Assembly (NCBI GenBank): GCA_946965045.2
Contig: OX337236.1
Location: 2,728,001 to 2,792,000, forward strand
Reading direction: 5' to 3'
From: Epithemia pelagica
Lineage: Eukaryota; Protista; Bacillariophyta
DNA: 64,000 bases
The notes below the pieces were generated by a model that worked only from the letters and a program-made list of their open reading frames with translations, was not told where the DNA came from and did not search any database. The translations under genes and the position numbers were made by a program. Below, piece by piece: positions 56,197 through 64,000 of this stretch (its first letter is position 1; the number at the start of each line of letters is the position of its first letter).

Positions 56197-57354
56197 TTAT
56201 GTCGAGGAAGAGAAGGGTGAGATATCAGCATCTCGGCTGACCATACCTTCAAGAGAATGATACCATCCGTTCGATTGTTGCTCACAGAGTCGACGAAAAC
56301 ACCACGTATTCTTGTCCATTAGTGGGAATGTTGCACAGGTAGGATTGTACCATCCACCAATCACGGCAACTTGATTGGCAACAGTCACCATACTGCAGTC
56401 ATCGCGGTGATTCCCGAATGGTGGAAGATTCCACACGTGGTTGCGGTGCGTATCCAACACTTCCACGGTTGGATTGTATTGTCCTCCTGTCACTACGAGA
56501 CAAGATCCCACGGCAACCACTGCACAAGAACTTCGTGCATTGGGAAGCTCCAGCTCAGAATGAGTGGTCCAACTGGACGAGGAGGAAATGACTGTAGCAG
56601 CCGTTTCCTCCTTTGTCTTTTCATAATCACAAGGCATTGCAAAGTCAATGTACTCTACCGAGTCAAGATTGCCATGATCGTTACGACCTCCAACGACAAA
56701 GATTCGGTGGCCAATGACCGCACTGGCACAACGCGTTCGTGCAACGTTCATGGATGGTCCCGCAATGACAGTGTGATTTTTGGTATCAATAATGTCCACC
56801 GACGACAAATAACGATCGTTGTAGCCACCCATTACTACAATGTATCGGTTGCGAACCGCAACAGCACAACATCCCGCTCGTCGTGTTGATAGTCGACAGT
56901 TCAATGTCGTCCAATGACTCTCATGCATACTGCTTGTTGTTAAAGATGATTGCATTAAGTCATTGACATCAATGCGTTCTATACAATCCAACCTTGAACC
57001 ATCAATGTACCCTCCCATCACGTAGACGCTGCCATTGCACACAACAGTGGCATGCCAATCACGTTTCTTGTTTAAGGGTGGCCCTTCTCGCCACTGTTTG
57101 ATAGGGTCTTCCAGATTCAAAACAAGAACGGAATTGGCGGTACCCTGACCTTGTTGATATCCTCCCAACACGACAACCGTCTGCCCCATGTTGTTGTAGT
57201 TGTCGTCGTTATCGGAATGATTTAGTACGACCGTTGCATGACGATAACGCCATCCACCCTGGAGAGGAGGCCAGTCGCTTTCATTCCATTCAGGTGTCTC
57301 GTCTAACAGGACAAGGCCCTTTTGTCGCGCTTGTTCTTGCAGTGTCGTTGTCAT
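56197..57354 (-). CDS. Kelch-repeat protein (paralogue 4)
   Basis: ATG at 57354 (MTTTLQEQAR). Kelch GG repeats homologous to the other three. Confidence 0.9.
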   Translation of the reverse strand: MTTTLQEQARQKGLVLLDETPEWNESDWPPLQGGWRYRHATVVLNHSDNDDNYNNMGQTVVVLGGYQQGQGTANSVLVLNLEDPIKQWREGPPLNKKRDWHATVVCNGSVYVMGGYIDGSRLDCIERIDVNDLMQSSLTTSSMHESHWTTLNCRLSTRRAGCCAVAVRNRYIVVMGGYNDRYLSSVDIIDTKNHTVIAGPSMNVARTRCASAVIGHRIFVVGGRNDHGNLDSVEYIDFAMPCDYEKTKEETAATVISSSSSWTTHSELELPNARSSCAVVAVGSCLVVTGGQYNPTVEVLDTHRNHVWNLPPFGNHRDDCSMVTVANQVAVIGGWYNPTCATFPLMDKNTWCFRRLCEQQSNGWYHSLEGMVSRDADISPFSSST

Positions 57355-57669
57355 GGTTCGAAATGTTGACATATAGAATTGATGGGGATCGTGATTGCAA
57401 CAGCGAGATGCGTTTGTGCCGTCTTTTGAGATTTTACCGCGACGCTGTGCAGACGGACAGACGAAATGAACTCCGACGGACGACCGCAGACGCATACTAC
57501 CTCCTACTAGCGGCAATATGAGTCAGGAATGCTCGTGATTCATGGTGTATTAGTCATAGTAGAACCGGCCATGGTTTGCTCACTCTTTTTAAAATCCAAG
57601 AGTCCGGAAGTAGACGCGCAATCTCTGCACTGTAGTGTAGGATCTTCGTGAAAAAAAAAATAAAAAGCC

Positions 57670-58770
57670 ATGTCGTCCGATTCCATCATCGTTGTTGGAG
57701 CTGGAAGTGCGGGCATTATAGCCGCAAGGGATCTAGTCCGAGCCGGATATACGGACGTTCGAATCCTCGAGGCATCTGACCGATACCTTGGACGTCTACG
57801 CAAAGACGACGACTTCGTGGATTTTCCAATCGACCTAGGTGGTCAATGGGTAACGGGCAATACCTCTGTGTTGGATGAGATCATCGATGACCCCAATACG
57901 GACATGACCATGGCGCTCATTCCGAATACTATGGACGTTTTTCTTTACCTTCCAAATTTGGAACGACAGGTACAAATCGATAAAGCAACCGACATTATCG
58001 CAAGATCGGATGACAAGTTTGTTGGAAATGCGACCTACTATGATTTCTTCAACACGTACCTGGTACCAGACGTGATTGGTAACATGGAATTGAATTGTGC
58101 GGTTCAAAGCATCAATTATTCTAACGACGATTCGATCACGGTGGAATCGTCATGCGGTGCATACCTGGCTGACCATGTAATTGTCGCGGTTCCTTTGAAA
58201 ATCTTACAGGATGATGACATCTTTTTTGAGCCGGCATTGCCCAGAAATAAGCTTCGTGCGCTACGTACTGCAACATGGGCGGACGGAATCAAGGTATTCA
58301 TTGAGTTCGACGAGCACTTCTTCGAAGATCGGTTATTTCAGGCGATCGATGACTTCTGGAACTACGGTGCGGAGAGTCGCTATTTCTGGGATGAATCATT
58401 TGGTGAATATACGGACAGGTTTGTCTTGGGAATGCTAGTGGTCGGAGAATTAGCTAATGAATATATCCAAAAAAGTGACGAGGAAATTGTTGTTGCAGTC
58501 TTAGAGGACCTCGACGAAATCTTCGATGGTCAGGTAACACCCAGTTATTTGCAGCATGTCGTCCAGAATTGGTCAATGGAGCCTTACGTGCGTGGTTTGT
58601 ATTCGTTCTACGCACCATCGGAGATCAGTTTACAAAGAACTCTCCGAGAACCAATCCAAGATTGTCTTCATTTTGCTGGTGAATATATCCCCATGGATAT
58701 CACACATTACGGCTATGCCGACGGAGCTGCGTTATCGGGCCGAAGCGCGGCAAGTGAGATAATCCTCTAA
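57670..58770 (+). CDS. Flavin-containing amine oxidoreductase (Amino_oxidase family)
   Basis: IIVVGAGSAG (Rossmann), ILEASDRYLGR, DLGGQW, LHFAGE and GAALSG motifs. Intronless. Confidence 0.9.
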   Translation: MSSDSIIVVGAGSAGIIAARDLVRAGYTDVRILEASDRYLGRLRKDDDFVDFPIDLGGQWVTGNTSVLDEIIDDPNTDMTMALIPNTMDVFLYLPNLERQVQIDKATDIIARSDDKFVGNATYYDFFNTYLVPDVIGNMELNCAVQSINYSNDDSITVESSCGAYLADHVIVAVPLKILQDDDIFFEPALPRNKLRALRTATWADGIKVFIEFDEHFFEDRLFQAIDDFWNYGAESRYFWDESFGEYTDRFVLGMLVVGELANEYIQKSDEEIVVAVLEDLDEIFDGQVTPSYLQHVVQNWSMEPYVRGLYSFYAPSEISLQRTLREPIQDCLHFAGEYIPMDITHYGYADGAALSGRSAASEIIL

Positions 58771-59219
58771 TTTGAGCGTCAAAAAGAAAATTGTGATGGA
58801 ATACTCCAATACATGCGCAGTCACAGCAGATACTTTTCTTTTGAAGAATCTGTATGGGAGTAGTACAAAACCATTCTTTTCTAGTAGAGAGGCACACTCC
58901 AAGCCAGTAAAACAAATCACATCTTGTCCCTTTGTCGTTGTTGTAGTGTTTGTTTCTATTTTGTGTTGTTTGACTTTTCTTTTGTCATTTTTTGGGACTC
59001 AACTATTCCTACTATCAGTGGGACTCAAAACGGTTTTTACGCAGGCGACAAAGGGCGAATCCCCGAAAATGAGTCAGATCTCCGATGCGGTCTGTGCAGC
59101 CAGCCAAAGTCACCGCCTTCACGACAGGGATCATGTGTTTTCTTTCTTTGTATTTATATCAAAGATATACGAGCAAAGGTATCTTATTCACTGTTCTTCA
59201 TGGGTAAAGGTCTCACTCA

Positions 59220-61766
59220 ATGCCATCAACGCACGAGGCAGCAATAACCACCATTTTTGAAGCGGAGAGACCGCAATCAACGCAACAGCACGATAGTAAT
59301 TATGGTGGTGCTACAGCGGGCAACAATAACTCATTGGTTGTCGGTCCATACAAGGAAAAAGAAGACAAAGAGTCGAGTGGAAGAGCAATCCTATGCGGTC
59401 AGCAGCACCAGCTTGAAGGAAAGAGCGACACCAATCCATCATGCACGACACGAAGTCATGTGTCAAACTGCATATCTCCCATCGGTAGACACATTGGTCT
59501 GACCAGCAACAGCAGCAACAAGAAGACACCAATCATCAATCCATACAAGAAGAGAAAGGCGGACACTATTATTATGAGTGAGAAGCGACACTGTCGTACG
59601 AAACATCAGGAAGAGGATCATGTTGAAGTGAGGAATGCGTTCAATCAACCGGTCAATGCGAATTCCCAACGACGAAGCAACAATCATCATGCGTCATCCA
59701 AATCTTCGATGAGAACGATGTTGGATGTTGTATGGTTGAAACGAGATGTTCGTTTGCATGATCATGGACCATTCGCTGAGATTTCACGTTCATCGAAACC
59801 ATTTTTGATCCTGTATATGTACGAACCTGATCAATTATCCGAGCCAACCGTACATGGATCACATCTTCGATTCATTCATGAAGGACTGATTGATCTAGAC
59901 AATCGCTTTAATGTTGAATTTGGCCATGACGGCAATAACAAGGAGGTGCAAGAGAAGAAAGCTAAGAGTAGATCTGCTTCTTTTAAGGCACTGACCATAT
60001 GTCACAGTAATGCAATTGCCACTTTGAATGCCATTCATGAAAATTGCAATTTTTGTGTTGGACGTCTGCTCGCGCACCAGGAGACTGGTCACTGGCAATC
60101 TTACATGAGAGACAAGGCTGTACGAAAATGGTGTCGTTCCAGAAACATTCCTTTCATCGAATACAATCAAAACGGTGTGACAAGGTGTTTGAAATCACGT
60201 GATGATTACTCGAAAAAATTCAAAGCCTTCATGTCAATGCAACCATATGCTACGCTATACATCACCTCGGGGCTTCTTGAGCGATTGGTGGTCTTACCTG
60301 ATCTACCAGGATTTATGTCAACAGATTTTGAATCGCACTTGAATGAAATGTCTGAGATTGCAGTTGAGCAACGGTTGGATCTTCCCGACCGACAACAACA
60401 GGGCGGAGAAACGAAAGCACTTTCTACTCTGAAATCTTTTCTACAAGACCGTGGCTCAAATTTTTCTTCCAATATTTCCTCGCCGAACACAGCATGGACA
60501 TCATGCAGCAGGCTTTCCCCGTACTTGAGCTGGGGAAATATATCATTGAGAATGGTATTCAATCGATTATCAGAGCGGCAAGAGCAATTGAGAACACTGA
60601 AAAAACAAGGAGGGGATATTGGCAACTGGTTGAAATCTTTGCAAGCCTTTTCCTCAAGGATCCATTGGCGTTCTCATTTCATTCAAAAATTGGAAACCGA
60701 ACCAATGATGGAAAAACGTGATTTATGTCCCGCTTATCAACCATTACGTAGACAAGATGGTGACTGGAATTCCAAACATTACGAGGCATGGAAAGATGGA
60801 GTGACTGGCTTTCCTTTTGTTGATGCCTGTATGCGTTGTTTGTCAAAACATGGATGGTTGAATTTCCGTATGAGAGCCATGCTAGTGTCCTTTGCAACAT
60901 ACAATCTATGGTTGGATTGGAAAGGTGTTGCACCACATCTGGCCAGGCACTTTTTGGACTATGAACCAGGGATACACTATCCTCAGCTTCAAATGCAAGC
61001 AGGTTGTACTGGGATCAATGCCATGAGAGTATATAGTGTTACCAAGCAAGGAAAAGATCAGGATCCGAGTGGTATATTCATCCGAAAATATGTTCCTGAG
61101 CTGTTTAGAGTTCCTGACAAATACATCCATGAACCCTGGAAGATGCCGGCATCGGAACAAATCAAGTGCGAAACCTTGATAATCACTTACATTGAAAAAG
61201 AATCATCATCAACAGCGAGAGTAAATGCAGATGGATCATCGTGGAACACATACCCGGAACCCATTGTCGACGAGAAAGAGACCGCTAAAATCGCAAAATC
61301 CAAAATCGCTGGAATCCGAAAGCTTGAATCAACAAAAGTGATGGCAAATCAAGTTTTCCAAAAACACGGTAGTCGTAGTAGGAGGGATGGAGATGAAATG
61401 AAAGGAAAACCATCAAAAGTTGGCTCTTCTGGAGTTGAAGAGCAAGCACAAAAAAAACCTGGGAAACAGCAACCTAGAATCTGTTCCTATTTCAGTGGTA
61501 GCAAATGCAGCGACAATGGGAAAACAGTCATGATCACTGCCACAAAGAGCAGTAGACATAAACATCCATCCATAGTTGGAAATGATGCTGTTGAAGAAGG
61601 ACAAATCTCTGATCAAGATGTTGCTAAAACGCCGTCATTCCCGAAGAAACGGGCAAAAAAGAAAGATAATTCTTCATGTTGGGCATGCCATGTTTGCACT
61701 TTCCTGAATGATAAGCCATTGGGACTAGCATGCAGCATTTGTGGTGAGCCCAGAAAGATCTGCTGA
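59220..61766 (+). CDS. Cryptochrome/photolyase-family protein with C-terminal PIP-like motif and NZF/RanBP2 zinc finger
   Basis: VVWLKRDVRLHDH, SRLSPYLSWG, TGFPFVDACMR, GWLNFRMRAML and QDPSGIFIRKYVPEL motifs. The tail has QPRICSYF and WACHVCTFLN-x7-CSIC. Confidence 0.92.
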   Translation: MPSTHEAAITTIFEAERPQSTQQHDSNYGGATAGNNNSLVVGPYKEKEDKESSGRAILCGQQHQLEGKSDTNPSCTTRSHVSNCISPIGRHIGLTSNSSNKKTPIINPYKKRKADTIIMSEKRHCRTKHQEEDHVEVRNAFNQPVNANSQRRSNNHHASSKSSMRTMLDVVWLKRDVRLHDHGPFAEISRSSKPFLILYMYEPDQLSEPTVHGSHLRFIHEGLIDLDNRFNVEFGHDGNNKEVQEKKAKSRSASFKALTICHSNAIATLNAIHENCNFCVGRLLAHQETGHWQSYMRDKAVRKWCRSRNIPFIEYNQNGVTRCLKSRDDYSKKFKAFMSMQPYATLYITSGLLERLVVLPDLPGFMSTDFESHLNEMSEIAVEQRLDLPDRQQQGGETKALSTLKSFLQDRGSNFSSNISSPNTAWTSCSRLSPYLSWGNISLRMVFNRLSERQEQLRTLKKQGGDIGNWLKSLQAFSSRIHWRSHFIQKLETEPMMEKRDLCPAYQPLRRQDGDWNSKHYEAWKDGVTGFPFVDACMRCLSKHGWLNFRMRAMLVSFATYNLWLDWKGVAPHLARHFLDYEPGIHYPQLQMQAGCTGINAMRVYSVTKQGKDQDPSGIFIRKYVPELFRVPDKYIHEPWKMPASEQIKCETLIITYIEKESSSTARVNADGSSWNTYPEPIVDEKETAKIAKSKIAGIRKLESTKVMANQVFQKHGSRSRRDGDEMKGKPSKVGSSGVEEQAQKKPGKQQPRICSYFSGSKCSDNGKTVMITATKSSRHKHPSIVGNDAVEEGQISDQDVAKTPSFPKKRAKKKDNSSCWACHVCTFLNDKPLGLACSICGEPRKIC

Positions 61767-63130
61767 AAAAATGAATTAGGAGTGAAACGCAATTCCATGG
61801 TCATGCATGTTAAACATTCCTCAGTGACTAAATCTTTCTTGCCATGATTCCTGGATTATGGTCCAAACAGCCCAGTGCTTCAGGGATTTCCTTCATGACT
61901 TCTAAGTCAAGCTGCATCTCACGCCAGCCCCAGCCAAAGACCAGCGTCAGATCAATTTGGTAGTACTGTGAATTTTGAAGACGAAGATTTCACGAAGATG
62001 GTGTTACTTGATCAAAGCGATGAGATTGAATAAAAGGATCAAAATCAAGCCACTTTGGAATCAAGCAGCAAATCATAATTTGTTGTCATAATTTGAGCAA
62101 TACTTGAGTTGTCACACATATGTATTGTAGTTTAGGAAGCACATGTATGTTGCATAGTCTCTGCAGTTAGAAATCCAGTTTGCAGTTTGAAATGATACAA
62201 GCCTTGTGCCAATGTGCAGAGCAACAACTTGGCAGGAATAACTTCAATCCTTTGATGAGTTTTTCTGATTTTTCTTCCTGTGCTTTTCCAAACAAGTCTT
62301 TTTCAAGTGCTGATCCTATTCTATGGAGTGATGAAACATTATGCATAATCATACGGTTGTAAGACTACGAGAATATCTCAAGGGCCGGTACCATGTTTGA
62401 AGTTAAAATGATGAGACACAAGAAAGGAAAGCAATGAATGATAGTGCCAAAATGATGAGACAGAAGAAAACAATGCAATGAATGAAAGAAAGAATAGATA
62501 TTTATTTTAACTGTCTCTACTTATCCACATCACGCATAGTTTGCACTATCCGTGACTTCGCGGGGACTGAGGACTCGCTCAGACGGGAGTCTGATTGGGG
62601 TATCAATTGGGATGGGGTTAGGAATCGTGTCTTCTGAATGTTGAATATTTGTGGCATAATTTTGAGAAAGGATTTTTGGCGACATGGGAGAGGGTCGTGA
62701 AGAGGGGGTTGGAATGGCGAGGTTTGAAGAGTGCGGAGCGGATGTCGGGGACGGAGTAACGAGGTTAGTACGGAGGAAAGTACGGTTGTTTGGCAGATTT
62801 ATTTACAAACGTAATGGGGAGAATCAAACGGGATACTTTGATGGACAGATTTATGTATTAGAAAATAATAACTGGGCAGCATGATCAGGTGTGAGTTTTC
62901 ACCGGTATGGTTTCTCTCATGGCCATTGTAACAAGGAACAATTACCTGTGAGTGGTTGAGTCAAATTGATACACAGATATGGATCAATGTGAGGGGACCA
63001 AGCAAGATATCATGTATTGAGGGTTTGCAGACTAAGGACAGACCATGGAGGTCTCAAACAAGGAAGGTTAGACATAACCTGATCACCTCAAGATGACCAC
63101 ATGCGTACTTGCAAACCACCTCACCGGGAA

Positions 63131-63288
63131 TGTTTTAGCTGCCAAAATAGTAAGCAGAATTAGTAGATCACAAGTTAAGTCAGCGTAGAAACACTGGGAA
63201 ATTTCTACACCATCCACTAGCGTTGCAATAGGAATTGCATTAGAATTAATTGTGTTTATCAGACCCAGTGTCTGCAAAGTGAGTAACA
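63131..63288 (+). repeat. possible short 5' LTR of a second Copia element
   Basis: TGTT..AACA segment 62 nt upstream of a gag ORF. The partner LTR is outside the window and the left boundary is uncertain. Confidence 0.3.
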
Positions 63289-63350
63289 CGAGTGTATTGA
63301 GTGGGGAGCACTAGGATTGATCATCTAGAAGCTCCAAGTCTAAGGTTAGC

Positions 63351-64000
63351 ATGGCAAGTTTATCCAATGTTCAGATCATGAACATGATTGGAGTTGGACC
63401 TGCAGCCAACAGGAATGCCATCATTGCGGACCTCTTGTCTGAGGGTCTGGATGGACTGAAGCACATGATGGACGAGGAAGTTCGAGACACATGTGCATCA
63501 TATGCTAAGAGGACGGATAATCCGTTCCCAGTCATCCTAACACCCATGCAGAAGCCGCGTATCAAATCTCTAGTTTTATGGGTTAAGGATCAAGAGAGGG
63601 TCGTACAAGCACTGGCTTTTCCGGGTACTACCATGCAGGCGCAGTTCAGAACTGCACTTGCGGAGGCGCTGGGGAGAGAGAGGAGGCGCAAGGACCAGAA
63701 AAAGGAGGGAGAGTTGTATCTTGACTCATCTTTCAATACAAAGCTCAAGTCTGCGTTACAGTGGGAAAAGTGGGCGGAGGAACGGAACACAAACCTGTGC
63801 CAGATCATAGGAGTCAGAGGAGTTCCCCTTACTTATGTAATTTGCGAGGAGGACATGCCAGTATTTGACGCAAGCCTGCCATACGACAAGGCGGTTATTA
63901 ATGCAATGACTCTCACTGGCCAGGAGTTTCAACAAGATGCAAGGACCGTCCACAAGATTATCATGAAGAATGTCCACGAGGACTCGGATGCTTATACTTA
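63351..64000 (+). mobile_element. 5' part of a Copia (CoDi-like) gag ORF, running off the window
   Basis: I translated an open frame from the ATG at 63351 to the window end (not in the ORF track). It contains IKSLVLWVKD, GVRGVPLTYVI and LTGQEFQQDARTVHKII, typical of diatom Copia gag. Confidence 0.75.

Noticed and set aside
18-59219. ORF-track N-terminal extensions from GTG/TTG/CTG starts (e.g. 18, 3582, 3612, 17779, 22104, 45609, 57516)
   Set aside because: A eukaryote uses ATG, and paralogue alignment places the starts at the downstream ATGs. Some extensions run through TE sequence.
61800-63120. Possible decayed TE or gene between the photolyase and the Copia gag
   Set aside because: Fragmented frames with no diagnostic motif or boundaries.
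1-64000. Prokaryotic origin, operons or CRISPR array
   Set aside because: Spliceosomal introns restore three genes, LTR retrotransposons are present, and there is no regularly spaced repeat-spacer array. The 28775-28985 repeats are short and irregular.

Overview
Eukaryotic nuclear DNA with GT-AG introns. CoDi-like Copia elements, N/Q-rich membrane proteins and Kelch paralogues suggest a diatom, probably pennate (inference). The left 22 kb holds ordinary genes: GT49, an M14 carboxypeptidase, Kelch, a RING-CH/MYND E3 ligase, two tandem silicanin-like proteins, a beta-propeller protein and GT61. The centre is a tandem segmental duplication of an ~11 kb cassette: GT61, Kelch, a gag-only tyrosine-recombinase-type retroelement, an exostosin/GT47-like gene and a Uma2-like nuclease. 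Copy A (18730-41365) carries a young intact Copia with identical-looking LTRs, an extra upstream ORF and a non-canonical PBS, plus two non-autonomous MULE-like elements. Copy B (42413-53160) shows the empty sites, one with an excision footprint. The same TIR family occurs as 81-85 bp miniature elements near gene starts. The right end holds a third decayed GT47-like gene, Kelch, a flavin amine oxidase, a photolyase/cryptochrome with a PIP-box-like motif plus an NZF zinc finger, and the start of a second Copia gag. All family calls come from motifs read by eye; no searches were run.
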